Positions 48,661-62,470 are shown, counted from the stretch's first letter. The stretch: 64,000 bases of DNA from Amphiscolops sp. MND2022 (GCA_964187785.1 OZ076415.1:71672001-71736000); one strand, 5' to 3'. The notes: generated by a model from the letters alone, not told the origin. Numbers and translations are program-made.

Positions 48661-50009
48661 GATTACCTTAATTGTCGTCACAGGCTCATAAAAATGTGAA
48701 AAATATGATTTATCACATGGTATGTTAGAGAGTGTTAACATCTCTTATTTTACCATTTTTCAACTCTGAATTAATCGAATTAGGGCATCACTTCGACTTT
48801 CAGATTCTAGGCAAAGCAGCCTGCAGGATTCCAGAAGTCGAAATAGGCTGCAAAAACAGACCTCTGCTTCCAAGAACTGTTTTCATGTCAACGTTATGTC
48901 CAAAAGTGCCAACGTTTCAATTCGTGGGGATTTGGTGATGTTGTTAGACCTGTGTTTGTGCGGAATGAATGTTCAAATTTTTCTTAACTCACCGGAGGTG
49001 AATACTGGACAAGTTCTTCCCGATAGCTTTGTGCAATGATAAGCAACCGGACCTTTGTGGCCTAGAGCAAATCGCTTCGAAATCATAGGCTCTGATTCTT
49101 TATGCTTTATCTTGATCGTTGGGCTAATAATACTGTAGCTTGCTATCCGCAGGTAGTTTAGGGAAATGGCAAGGTTGCCAGAAAAGCAGAACTGCTTATT
49201 TGGCTTTAATGCTGCAGACTTCATGGATCTTTTTTGCTTCTTTCTTCTCAACTATCGAGTTTCATGCTGATAGTTTACACATTTGGGATGTTTTTGTGGG
49301 TACCAATATCCACATAGTTTAACAACTTGACAACAAGTTACTTAGCGTACTCATTTTTAGAGAAATAAGGCATGCTTTTTTCTCATGACAGAGATACGTT
49401 GAACGAAAATGTGTTGGAACTTTTCTTCCTTTTTAAAGCTTATATAAAAATTAGAAGTCCATTGGCTAGGCTTGAGCCTTGAGAATACGTCGGAGCTAAA
49501 ATTGCTGTAGGCGTTAAATGTCCCGCTGCTGTGCGGGGGTCTTAGAACGTTTGTCAAACCTAATTCTTACTTCAGGACCCAAACAACTGCTGAGTCCCCA
49601 TGGAGTTCTGTTGGTCGGCTTTTTCGAAAAAAAAGCACGACTTTTACAGTGACTAGTGTTTTTTCGTCAGTTCAACGCCATCGGTCGACTTTTTACCATA
49701 AATACTTAGAACTTAATTTTGAACGCATCCGAAGTCTCTAGTATGAAATTTAAAAAACAATCCAAAGCAGAAGGGTCCCGCTTTCCACTTTTTTCGACAA
49801 TATGAGACTTGCCCCTTTTTTGGTTTTATGAGACGTTTTTCAAAAAATTCTTCGATGTCTCCAAAGGGTCCCCTTTGAATTTTTTGATAATTTGCAACAG
49901 AATGGATGTTTGAATCACCCCCAAAGTCCTAGAAATTTTTTAACCAGATGTAATGTTTTTCACCGCTTCATTTCGTTTGCTATTCGTTTCATGTTTTAGA
50001 ACGAGAACA

Positions 50010-51069
50010 ATGTCGCAAGCAGTGGTAACAGAGACACAATGGAACCAGCTGACTGCCAATGTGGACAACTTTTTCCTCATTATCATCTCAATGATTGTGT
50101 TTTTCATGCAAGCCGGCTTCGCGTTTCTGGAGGCGGGGGCGGTGAGGGCCAAGAACACGACCAACATCCTGATGAAGAACATGCTGGACTCGGCGATAGC
50201 GGCCATCATCTTCTGGGTGTGTGGGTACGCGTGGGCCTTCGGGGAGGACTCGAACGCCTTCCTGGGTTACAAGAACTTCTTCCTCGTCGACTTGGACCCT
50301 GGACTGTACCCGCACTACTTCTTCCACTTCGTGTTCGCAGCCACTGCCGCCACCATCGTCTCGGGCGCGATGGCCGAACGCACCAAGTTCGTGGCGTACT
50401 TCGCCTACAGCTTCGTCATCACTGGCTTCGTGTACCCCATCGTCGTGCACTGGGCCTGGCACGAGAAAGGCTGGCTGGCCAGCGAGTGCTGGTGGACTGA
50501 CATCTCCTACAAGGACTTTGCCGGCAGTGGCGTCGTCCACATGGTGGGCGGGACAGCCGGACTTCTGGGAACCCTGGCTCTCAAGCCCAGAAACGACCAG
50601 CGAGTGGACGGAGAACCCATACGGCTCTTCGGGCACACGGTTCCTTTGATGTGTCTAGGGGGGTTCATTCTGATATTTGGGTTTTTCGCTTTCAACGGAG
50701 GCTCCCAAGCATCGATCACACAGCCCGGCGACGGAGCAGTGATAGGAAAAATTTTGGTGAACACTATGATTTCGGGATCTTCTGGAGGTCTGGTTGTTGT
50801 GCTTATTTATTTCATTCAAACAAAGAAGTTCACTCTAGTGGGTTGCATTAACGGGTTCCTCACTGGCATGGTGTCCATCTGCGCTGGATGTGATGCCGTG
50901 GAGCCCTGGGCTGCTTTCATCATAGGTCTCATCGGAGGAGCCACTTTCGTTGTGTACAGTGAAGGTGTCTTCAAACTGGGCGTCGATGATCCTCTGGACG
51001 CCTTTGCTGTTCACTTCGGGGGCGGGTTTTGGGGAGTCATTGCTGTTTGTCTCTTTGAAAAAGACGCAG
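50010..51069 (+). CDS. amt: Ammonium transporter (Amt family), exon 1
   Basis: MQAGFAFLEAGAVRAKN, FAATAATIVSGAMAER, DFAGSGVVHMVGG, FGFFAFNGGS, DDPLDAFAVHFGGG (twin His retained); donor GCAG|GTATAT at 51069/51070; ATG 50010 follows a TTTTAG acceptor-like site at 49999. Confidence 0.95.
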
Positions 51070-52216
51070 GTATATTGGTCAAGGTCATTTTTACGTCTGC
51101 AAGGTATGATAACAAAACCACTTACCAAGCTTTACGACGGCCTGGTTGACAACTTGCGGGCACGTCTAAGAATTGTTTCTGCGAGAAAGGAACTTGCAAA
51201 ATCCACTACTTTCAATAACTTCAAAATGTCCTTTCTTTTCAAGTTCTGGACAATACCTATTGTTTAAACAAGTTTCCGAGGTCGGTGAAGCAATTACTGC
51301 ATCTGTGACCACTTTTCGATTTGTTTAGAAAAATAGAATTTACTGACTTGAAGAGTTTTCTCATAAAACTCACTAAACCGTTGACTCGTCGATGAAATTG
51401 GGGAGTAACAAATTGTAGTCGAATAACTTTGCCAAAAGGTTGAAAGTCTTCTGTCTCAAAACCATTTCAAGCGAAAAATTGCCAGAAATGCAATAATAAT
51501 ATATTGTTGGAATCTCGAATCCAGTATCAAAACAAGAACAACTTCGAAATAGCTCTATAAAAGCCCAAGTTAACTTGAATACTCAAACGATAAAGTTCCG
51601 AACAATTTCTTTCTTGGTTGCTTGAACAAGGAATATCGACCGTTTTCAATCTCACTTTTTGGGTTTCTCTTTCAAGAAGGAGTTAACTTGGGTTTTTAAC
51701 AATACAGGAAATTACATAAACCGCCATGTTTACAATCAAATATGAGGGCACCATAAAGGTTCTATAATGATACATAAAGTTAACAAACTGCCCACTTTCG
51801 AGGCGACAAAGTATATAAAGATATTGGTATATCAACTTCTGAAGAATACATTTACACGTTTTTGTGGTCCTTTAATATATTTGTAATTTGCCCACCAAAG
51901 CTTCTATTAGGTAACAAATGCTCTACCGGCTTCCGCCTGGACTAGATATAACCAAATATGACCTACTTGAAAAGTTAATTACACAAACAGGACGATAAAT
52001 TACAAATTTGTACTATATTAGAAGAAAAGTCTAATTTTGCCCCAGAAAAAAATGTTTTTCAAATTTTTGCCTTCGATTTCCGGTTTTTTACCCTAGTTGG
52101 TTTAGTTGGCCAAAAATATGTCGGTCCCCGACCATTGTAGAGTATGAATCCAAAAACGCAATTTTTTACAGCCACCAATTAGAGGCTATTTTAGGGTATT
52201 TTTTAAATAGCTGATT

Positions 52217-55200
52217 TCAAGTTATTTTCGAGGCGCCAACATTGCCGGCCCCGTTTTCAGACTGAAAACGCTCATTGAAGACTGGCGCCAACTTTACTAC
52301 AGGTCGTTTGAAGGTTGGGTTTTGAGTTTTGATAATCACTGATCTCACTACACCATCTTTTGCTGGATAAATTTCTTGGATTTTTGCCATCTTGTAATGA
52401 GAACTTTTCACATTGTTATCCACCAACCAAACTAAGTCGCCAACTTCAACATTGGCTTCTTGTTTACTCCATTGGTTTCTGACATGGGTTTGGGGTAGGT
52501 ATTCTGCAACCCATCGTTTCCAAATCATATCAGCATAAGCTTGACACGATCGAAAGATCTTGCGATGATTGGAATAAACTTCAGCATTGGGGATAAATGG
52601 TATACAAATATTCGCACGACCCAGAATGAAATGATTAGGCGTAAGAGCCTCCAAATCAGCAGGATCATCACTTGCAGGGGTAATAGGGCGTGCATTCAAT
52701 GTTTGTTCAACCAAGCACATGGTTGTAGTCAATAATTCATCAATTAGAGATCAATTTCCCAGAATTGCCATCATTGCTTTCTTGCAACTTCTGACCAACA
52801 GTTCCCAAACACCCCCAAAATGAGGTGCCCCAGGAGGGTTAAATTTCCATGCGATATGCTTTAGAGCCAATTCTGATGTAATTTGATCCTGATTCCTCGA
52901 GTTGATGTACTCTTTTAACTCTCTCGCGGATCCAACAAAATTAGTACCATTGTCACTTATGATGGTCGTTGGCTGGCCACGTCTGGCAATAAATCTGTTG
53001 ATAGCTACCAAGCAGGAATCTGTGTCGAGGCTTCGAACCACTTCGATATGCACTGCTCTGGTAGTTAAACATGTAAACAAACAGCACCATCGTTTCATGG
53101 ATCTTCGTAACAATTTAATTTCGAATGGACCGAAATAATCCATTCCAACGTGGGTAAAGGGATATGACTGATAATCGAGCCTCTCGGCAGGTAAATCGGC
53201 CATGAGAGGAGATTTTATCTGCGCACGTAATTCGCGACAGTAAACACAATTGCTTTTAATGCTCCTCGAAGCATTTCGTAATCCCAAAATCCAAAACTTC
53301 TGTTGTATTGCGCTTCTAACATACTATACTCCTTCATGGTTGTGTTCCAGATGTAAACCACGTAACATTACACTAACCATATCGTGTTTTGTGGATAAAA
53401 GAATTGGATGTCGCTGTTGGAAGCTCAAGTTTGCATGTTTGATGCGACCTCTTATTCGAATCATACCGCATTCATCGAAAAATGGAGAAAATTTTGCCAA
53501 CTCTCCACCTTTGCTTGTCTTACCAAACATTTGCTTCCCATCATACACTTCAAGAAAGGTCTCTCGTTGGATTAGTTTCAGAACCTTTTCTTCCGCTCGT
53601 TGCAGTTCACATGGAAGTATTACCTTAGATTGACTCTTGAACTTCAAACGTAAGCAAAATGCAATAACTCGCACACATTTCGAAAAACTGCTAAACCTGC
53701 TCCAATCAATTATTGGATCCTAAGTTCGCAATTACTGCAACTGCAGCATGGTCATCAGGAACCAAGTTAATTGGTTGCAGAGACGAAGGTCAATCGTCAG
53801 GATGGTCTTTGAGCCAAATTGGTCCAGATAACCAATCACTTTCTGTCAATTTCTCTATAGTAAATCCACGCGTCCCAATATCAGATGGATTCATTTCACC
53901 TTTAACGTGCTTCCACTCGTCAATTCTGGAGTTTTCCAATATCTCAGCTGCTCTGTTTTTGCTCAATTTGCTTTTTGTCAGTTAAGTGTAACCATTGAAG
54001 CACACTAACTGAATCAGTCCAATGACTAACACTGTCAATCCGTAAGTCATGTTCTTGAACAATCAAGGTTCTCAATCTGACTGAATACACCGCTGCTTGA
54101 AGCTATAGACGAAGTATAGACAGTTGTTTGATGGGAGCTATTCTACATTTGCCCAAAACAAAAGAGACTTCGACTCCATCATTGACTTCTGCTCGAAAAT
54201 AAGCAACGATGCACATAGCTTCTAGAGACGCATCACTGAAGAGGTGCAGTTGAACGTATTTGGGGTTATCAGGGAAATAATTTCTAGGAAGTGAGGTGTT
54301 TCTAATTGTTTGCATTTCTGTCACCCAATCTAGGAATACCTGTTTATCATCATCCGCTATTTTTTCATCCTATGATTGGCCAAAGCGAATCCAGATACTT
54401 TTCAAAAGCATTCTCATCCGCATAGTGAAAGGTGCAAAGATTCCCATGGGATCAAAAACTGATGAAACAAAAGATAACACTACTCGTTGAGTAATGTCTT
54501 GCGGGCATTCTTTGTTAGGTCCTCTACATACTTGCAGACAATCTCTATCGATTATCCACTCCAGACCTAGAATGGCAGATGGTTCTGCATTAAGCGTGAA
54601 TTCGTTCGCTTCTAATCGATCTTCTACTGGGATTTTTTCCAAAACTTCCGGACTGTTGCCAGCCCACTTCTTCAATGTGAATCCACTACGTTTGAGAGTC
54701 TCTACCAACTCTTGGTAGCAATTAATAGCCGCCTGAGGACTATCAACACTTTTCACTAAATCGTCCATGTAGAAGTTTCTATCTATGGTAGATGCTGCTG
54801 AAGGAAAATCGACTTTGTTGTCCCTTCCTCCCTGTTGGAATCCGTAGTTCGCACATGTTGGAGGGCTTTTTGCCCCAAACACGTGTCTGTTGTACTCGAA
54901 GATGCTCTGTATTCCGATGCTGTCCTCAGGACTATCACGTCATAGGAAACGAAGAACTTTACATTCCTCTTTCGGAACTGCTACTTGCAAAAACATGGAC
55001 TCGATATCGGCGGTAATAGCTATTTGATGTTCCCTAAACCTAAAAACAATCCCAACTAAATTTCGCAACAAATCAGGTCCGCTGAGAAGTTTGTCATTCA
55101 AAGAAACGCCTTTAAACTTTGAAGCTGCGTTACAAACTCTTCTGACCTCGCCTGGTTTGTGTGGGTGCTTGACCGGATGATGAGGTAAATACCATTGCAT

Positions 55201-58200
55201 TTCATTCTCTGTACTCACAATTTCTTCCTGTTCCAGTTTCCGTACAAAACGATTTTCTAAATCTTTCTCAATGGTAGCTTTGTAAGCTTCGTTCAACTCT
55301 GGATCCTTGCTTAATCTTCTCGCCATTGACAGAAACTGTTGGTAAGCAGAATAATAGTTGTTCGGCAAGTTAGGGTTGTCATCGGCCCAGAGAAGTCCTA
55401 CTTCATAACGTTCGCCGTTATGCTTGGTAGTTTTTTCCAAAATTGCCTGGGCTCTCTTTTCTTCCTTAGAACGTCCTGAGACATTACACACAGACGCGTA
55501 TGTCTCCATGTCCCACCATTTCTTCATTTGATCCGCTATAGGATCCGAAGACACGGAGAGGTTACACGTTGCTCCCAAACAGTTTGTTTCTGCTTTGAGT
55601 AATGCTCCACTCACTGTCCATCCCAAAGAAGTTTTAACCGCCCAAGGCTCTTTCCTATCACCTGACTTATATTCAAGAGGTCTGATCAGGTGATACGCAT
55701 CTTGACCGAGAATGACCTTGACATCAGCCATCGAGACCTTTATATCCGGCAAATTGTTCAAATAGGAATAAATTTCTTTCTCCCGCAGTATCTGTTTCAC
55801 TTGGACCAATTCTGGCGGTAACAATTTCAGTCTTCACGTCAGATAGCCCATGAATTCCAGCTAGCGACATCACGGATTCTTTACCTTTCAGCTTCAAAAG
55901 GTTGACCAATGTTCTGTCCATAAATGATACCGTGGATCCAGTAACACAAAGAGCTATTGTTTCAACGCTTCGTTTCTCATTTCCAATTGAAATTGGTATC
56001 AACTGTAAGAAACCACTGCTACCAGTTGAGAGCATTGAAGAACCGCCGGCCCTGTTTTGAGACAATCGTTCCTCCGATTTCTTGTCTTTTTCAGTTTTAG
56101 GAGTGTCCGAATGCAAAAGCTTGTTATGTTTCTTGGTGCATCCATTTACTCCACAAACTCTGTCCGACTAGCAGTCCTTCATCAAATGTGAGTTTAAACA
56201 ACAGAAACAAAGTTTACATTTCTTCAGTGTTTCGTATCTCTCATTAACACCTTGTTGTTTGAACTTCGTACACATCCAGATTTTATGGTCGCCATCTTTC
56301 AATGGACATTGCTTTATTGATGCAGGTGTTGATTTGTTCAGCTCATTAGCAGCAAATGTTGAGGTTTTCACTTTCTCCGTATTAACGTAGCCTTTTTTCT
56401 CTGATTGAGACTTGAATTGCACTGTCATTTCACCGCGAACATAAGCAACTTCGTTCAGCCATTCGCTAAATTTACAAAGATCAGCGTGGTAGTAGCCTTT
56501 GCTCTTCGCAAGAAAAAACCACTTGGTTTTCAATTCAGGTGGTAACTTCCTCAACGCTGAATTCAAGACGGATTCGGAGTACAAATCTCCTGTGAATCCG
56601 AACTGTTTCAACACATTAACTCATGTAGTAATCAATTGTGCGTACTTTATAATAGCCGCTGAATCATGCGACTTGATGAACGGACTCAAATGAATTTGCT
56701 TCATCTGAGCATTGACAATGGTTTGTGGCCATCCGAAATTAGTAACCAAAGCATTCCACGCTGCACTATACATGACTCCTGAGTATCCGAGACCCGCAAT
56801 AACCGCCTTGGCCTTGCCTTCAACAAGTGTTTTCAAATGACTCATTTTTGCATTGTCATCAATTGGCACATTATGGATGGTGGCTGTGAACAAGCTGGAC
56901 CATTCTGGCCAATCCAATCGGTCCCCATGAAATTCAGATAATTTCAATTTAGGTATTGTTTGAACAAAATGTACAGGTTGCTGTACAGGAACTGCTGGTG
57001 TGAAGGAAGGAATACCACTTTCTATTTTGAATGAGGGTTTCGCGAAGTCATATTTAGGCTTCGGGTTCTCATTGCCTTGCTGGAGCAAAGCGTTTGTTTT
57101 TGGGAACGTAATTCCAGTGGTTTTTTTCTGTGGTGACTTACTCGTACCTCGGTCTTGAGGTCGCGATAGTAGGTTTTTGTGAGCGAGTGTTTGGAACTTC
57201 TGAGACGGTTTACTTGTCTCACCTTTATTTTCTACTTCTCTGCTAGATTCCTTCGGCTGCGAGAAGCGCTTATCTAAGTGTTCAACGCCTTGTTCTAACC
57301 AACTTTTGATATCGCTGTTTTCATCCTCCTCAAGGGTAAGAGACATCATAATAGGACATATTGAAGAAGCTCGAATTGATCCTTCAGCCTCTTCTATTTG
57401 CAATCGCATTTGCTGCCTTTCAAAAGCCTTCTTACGTTTCAAATCAGCAATTTCCGATTCTGCTTGCAACTCTTGCAGCTTCTTCTCCATTTCCATACGA
57501 GTTTTCTCTAGTCCCAACTCACGTTCTCTTTTTTCTATTTCCATTTGTATTTTTTGATCCTTCAGTTCAGCTTGTATCTTCAATCGTCTTCGCTCGCTCA
57601 TTTTCGAAGAATTGGAGCCTATCTTTGAACCGGCCTTCTTTGCTGGCTCACTCATAGCTAATGTTCTTGTAGGGGAGTAGTCTACTAAAGAAAATCTTTT
57701 CTGGGATCCAAGAGTAGCCGATTGAGGTTGGCAAGATGGGTTATCTAACCGGTCGTCAAATTTCAGAAAAAGCGCTGATTGGTTTGCTTCTTTGCGCAAT
57801 TTCAACTTTTTGTCAAGCGTCTCATTTGCAATTTGCTTTGCTTGTGATCGGTTCTCATCATGCCTTGACAACTCTGAACATTCCAACCCAGACACTTCAG
57901 GTGTTTCTACGTTTTCCAATGGATCATTTGCCGCTGTATTGCAGCTATAAATATAGTTCAGAGCATCAGTCATTGCCTGTTGAACGATAGAGTTCATTTC
58001 TGTGACAATTTTTTGGGCGTTTGATAAAGTTGTCAGAGAGTCAGGTTTGAGAAGATTGCGTCTGCTTTCGTGACTTTTATCTAAAATCGCTTTGTACTCT
58101 TGTATTTTCTGAATAGCCATTTTCACTTTACTCGACCTCGCGTCTTGCTCAATTAGTTTATCTATTGTAGTTTTTTTCTGCGATAATGGTTCGTTCGGCG

Positions 58201-58684
58201 TCATGAAACTGACCGCAGAGTTTGGTAAACTTCATGAGGTCATTTTCGGACTTCAAGCGTAATGGAAGACTACTCACGCTTGCGAGATATGCGGACATTT
58301 TGATCCAATTCTCAAAAAAATTCTCAAGTTCGTACTCCAACTTGGACAAGATCTGCTTCGGCTGCCTTGAAACTTATCTTTCAGCTTGGGGAGATACATT
58401 TCGAACTCTTTGCGCAACTTATCCTTCGAAGTTGAGTAAGTTAAGAAGAACTTACCAACGTCAACCCAAACAGATGGATCCTGAGCATGGAGATCCTGGA
58501 AATCCGCGTCTAGGTTTCTGAGAATTAAAATCAGATCTGAGACGCGTTTTTCGTGTTCTATCCACTCCTTCATTGTCGAAGAATTTTTCAAGCAATCAGT
58601 AAAAAAGACCTTTCTTTCATGTCCGTTTTTTGTTGAAGTCATATATATGGGGTCCCACAAATTGCGTACAATCGGCTCTGCCAT
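52217..58684 (-). pseudogene. BEL/Pao gag-pol polyprotein (frameshifted)
   Basis: DUF1759-like IPKLKLSEFHGDRLDWPEW; zinc knuckles; ALCVTGS (altered DTG); FYMDDLV; LHLFSDAS; integrase GMDYFGP / SDNGTNF / GGVWE; DUF5641-like WKRWVAEYLP. Confidence 0.92.
52242..52258 (-). promoter_or_regulatory. BEL polypurine tract
   Basis: GAAAACGGGGCCGGCAA abutting the TG of the 3' LTR. Confidence 0.6.
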
Positions 58685-58728
58685 TTTATTTTCTTTTGAA
58701 AACCAAATAACGACCGAATCCCGGACAG

Positions 58729-58746
58729 TCCCGGGTCGCAGCACCA
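58729..58746 (-). promoter_or_regulatory. BEL primer-binding site (tRNA-His-like)
   Basis: TGGTGCTGCGACCCGGGA, 3 nt after the 5' LTR; similar to the tRNA-His complement TGGTGCCGTGACTCGGA. Confidence 0.55.
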
Positions 58747-60338
58747 AAATTTTACGTCTGCAAGGTATGATAACAAAACCACTTACCAAGTTTTACGACG
58801 GCCTGGTTGACAACTTGCGGACACGTCTAAGAAATGTTTCTGCGAGAAAGGCACTTGCAAAATTCACTACTTTCAATAACTTCAAAATGTCCTTTCTTTT
58901 CAAGTTCTGGACAATACCTATTGTTTAAACAAGTTTCCGAGGTCGGTGAAGCAATTACTGCATCTGTGACCACTTTTCGATTTGTTTAGAAAACATAGAA
59001 TTTACTGACTTGAAGAGTTTTCTCATAAAACTCACTAAACCGTTGACTCGTCGATGAAATTGGGGAGTAACAAATTGTAGTCGAATAATTTTGCCAAAAG
59101 GTTGAAAGTCTTCTGTCTCAAAACTTTTTCAAACGGAAAATTACCAGAAATGCAATAATAATATATTGTTGGAATCTCGAATCCGGTTTCAAAACAAAAA
59201 CAACTTCGAAATAGCTCTATAAAAGCCCAAATTAACTTGAATACTCAAACGATAAAGTTCCGAACAATTTCTTTCTTGGTTGCTTGAACAAGGAATATCG
59301 ACCGTTTTCAATCTCACTTTTTCGGTCTCTCTTTCAAGAAGGAGGTAACTTCGGTTGGTAACAATACAGGAAATTACGTAAACTGCTATGTTTACAATCA
59401 AATATGAGGGCACCATAAAGGTTCTATAATGATACATAAAGTTAACAAACTGCCCACTTTCGAGGCGACAAAGTATATAAAGATATTGGTATATCAACAT
59501 GTGAAGCATACAATTACACGATTTTGTGGTCCTTTAATATATTTGTTATTTGCCCACCAAAGCTTCTATTAGGTTACAAATGCTTTACCGGCTTCCGCCT
59601 GGACTAGATATAACCAAATATGACCTACTTGAAAGGTTAAATACACAAACAGGACGATAAATTACCAAATTTGTACTATATTAAAAGAAAAGTCTAATTT
59701 TGCCCCAGAAAAAAATACTTTTCAAATTTTTGCCCTCGATTTCCGGTTTTTTACCCTAGATGGTTTAGTTGGCCAAAAATATGTCGGTCCCCGACCATTC
59801 TAAAGTATGATTCCAAAAACTCAATTTTTTACAGCCACCAATTAGGGGCTATTTTAGGGTATTTTTCAAATAGCTCATTTCAAGTTATTTTCGAGGCGCC
59901 AACAGTCATCTCAAACTCATCCTCAGTTTTAAGGTAGCAAGAAATCAGAGGCATATTTCAGTCGGTTAAATTGCTGCTGCAAAATACGATTATTCAAACC
60001 AGGCAAATGTAAAATCTGTAAATTAGTTTCGTCTCATCGAATATTGAATCGTTTCAACTTGGAACTTCCACAATACTTTTCCATATCGACGTTGTTGGGG
60101 AAAATGTGTTTTGTTAGACACTAACATTTTTCTTAGAACAGAGCACTGAATCAGTCATTTTTCAGCAGTACTCAGAACGCTTTTACCGCGTTTACAAAAT
60201 TGTCAATTTTCCCAAGGTAGAAAAAATGCATGCATTAAACCATAACTGTTGTTAGAGACGTTTTTATGAAATAGGAAGGAGAGGCATGTAATTTATATCT
60301 TTATCAACCTCCACTGAAACCACCCTTTATGTCGACAG

Positions 60339-60736
60339 GAGTTCTCTATGAATGGGATGGCAACGCGTTCAAGCAGTTATTCTGGAACCTGTTCGGGGCC
60401 CTGTCTATAACCGCTTGGGTGACACTCACTACGGCTCCCATGTTTTTCGGACTGAAGTTTGCGGGTCTCCTCAGGGTGTCGGGGAGGACGGAAGAGATCG
60501 GACTGGACAAACAAGAACACGGGGAAATGGCTTATCCCTTTGCATCCTACATCGGGTCCGAGTTATTCGTTGAAACCAAGTGGGGGCGAAGGTCCACCGT
60601 ATCAGCACCAGGTCCTATTCCTGTCATCCCCAACCCCCCTAAACCCACCCCTGACTCCGAAATCTCTTCTTCTCACTCCGATTCAAACTCAAATGCACAC
60701 CCCGAATACAAAGGCAACAGAAACGACTTGATATAA
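60339..60736 (+). CDS. amt: Ammonium transporter, exon 2 (last transmembrane helix and C-terminal tail); full protein about 485 aa
   Basis: VLYEWDGNAFKQLFWNLFGALSITAW...LLRVSGRTEEIGLDKQEHGEMAY, the conserved Amt C-terminal motif. Confidence 0.9.
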
Positions 60737-61479
60737 TACAAAAACAGTGTACACATTTTCTACATTGGTCTCGGGGTGTCCTTAGTAGTTAGTTGCTGTG
60801 GAATAACACTGCATTTAGTACTCACTTGTCGGATTCCAGTAGAAATGTATATTGGACATCTTTAATTAAGTCTATAACCAACAATGTCATTGTATATTTG
60901 AAAATGTGCATGATCTGGGAAGTCTAAGGGCAAAAATGGAGCAAAAATGTGGTTGTACTTAAACTTCAAACTTGAGTCAAAGTAAAAGTTGGTTGTGGTA
61001 CCTCAAAGGTGGTACAAGAGGCTTTCAGGATCCCAAAAGTGGGCTGCAGCCCCAGCAGAGTGACAAAAACTTCGCAAAAAAACCAACGGAGAAGTACGAT
61101 TACAATGGTCGAAAAACATCATAACCCCGATATTTCATAACCAAATGTATCTTATCCGTAATAATGATTTAATGTTGTACTTTATTATACCCTATAAACC
61201 TATAAAATATTAACAAGACGGGAACGTCTCAAGTCGGCGCTTTACCTAAGGATCAAAAGTAACAAACTTTTAGAAATATGTTGAGGAAGTTTTCTTATGA
61301 AAAACACAGAAGTTCGGATATACTGAGACGAATACGAGCGCTTTTTTGATCCTACGGATACTCCTCAGTAAAACGCAGATTACTTCGGATATAACGTCTA
61401 AAGTTCGGATATACCGCAATGTTTTCGAACCTTCACCTCCAAAATTCGGATAGCATTCAATAAGTAGTGGTGGATATAT

Positions 61480-62470
61480 ATTGAGAATTGGGACCCTTTT
61501 GGATTTTGTAACACCCACTCCGTTGCAAAATATCAAAAAATTGAAAAGGGACACTTTGGTGCAATCAAAAAGTTTTCGAAAAAAAGTATCATAGTGCCGA
61601 AAATATTTACGCTAAAAATACCAAGATGTCAAAGGGGGATCCTTAGTATGTTTTCGTGGTTCTGGACGTCGGTGTTGTTTTGGACGAGGTCCTAACGTTT
61701 CGAGTATGCTTAGCACATCCGTAGTTCAAGTTGAACAAATGAACAAGAAAAGTGGACCTTTTCTAAAAGTGGACACGTGTCTAAAAAACTACCCACAGTA
61801 AAAGTCGGGCACTTTTCTTCAAATGTGCCGACTAATAAAAAGTACTGTGGCTTCAGACTAGAAAGCCTCTTTCCACCATAGAAATGAACAAGCCGGGACC
61901 GGCCCAAGTCAGCACCATATCCAAGGCTCAAAAATAGCAAAAAGACTTCCAAGTGTCAAGTATTCTTTTTTACAGTACTCGAAAATCGAATATTTTACGA
62001 AAAAAATTTTTTCGAAAAAATTACATACTCAAAAAATGGACCGAGTGGCGCACCGGGGCCCGCTAGCGCGAGCCCCTGGCGCGCTGAAAGGGGGACACTT
62101 CCGAAATTGTCAACATTTTTGTCGCAGTTGAAGGGGTTTTGTCGGAAAACATCAAAAAATTGAAAAGGAGAAAAATTTTTATTTTCGGGAAAAAAATCTC
62201 ACAGTGCCGAAACAAAACTGAAAGGGGGGGACCCTTTGGGATTTTCCAACATCCATTCTGTCGCAAAAGAGCAAAAAATTGAAGGGGGAAAAACGTCCGG
62301 GGAAAAAAAGTCTCGCAGTGCCGAAAAAAATTGGAAGGGGAAACCCTTTGGTCTCCCCGGGTATGGTATGGTACGCGGGAAAACAGGAAAAACCGTTTTG
62401 GTTCAGTTCGCTAGACCAAATAGTGCAATTTGGTGCAATAATATTTTGTAGAACTTATAAGAACTATTTT
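61480..62470. repeat. Interspersed repeat with GGGGGACCCTTT / TCTC(A/G)CAGTGCCGAAAA motifs; a related inverted piece lies at ~49760-49920
   Basis: Internally recurring motifs; TCTCACAGTGCCGAAAA also occurs in each 1.44-kb unit. Confidence 0.55.

Larger units (their letters stand above)
51089..59904 (-). mobile_element. BEL/Pao LTR retrotransposon, 8.8 kb, degenerate
   Basis: LTRs at 51089-52241 and 58750-59904; GTCAT TSD at 51084-51088 and 59905-59909. Confidence 0.95.
51070..60338 (+). other. Amt intron, phase 1, 9269 bp (448 bp without the BEL element and one TSD copy)
   Basis: GT at 51070 and AG at 60337-60338; splicing gives EKDAG-VLYEWDG in frame. Confidence 0.88.

Noticed and set aside
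49953-50009. N-terminal extension of Amt from ATG 49953
   Set aside because: A pyrimidine-rich acceptor-like TTTTAG at 49999 precedes ATG 50010, so the extension is probably intronic or UTR. It is not fully excluded.
50039-50649. Long alternative-frame and antisense ORFs overlapping Amt
   Set aside because: An expected by-product of very high GC3; no recognisable motifs.
51070-51149. C-terminal VIFTSARYDNKTTYQALRRPG of the 398-aa ORF as the real Amt terminus
   Set aside because: It derives from intron and LTR sequence; the genuine C-terminus is in exon 2 at 60339-60736.
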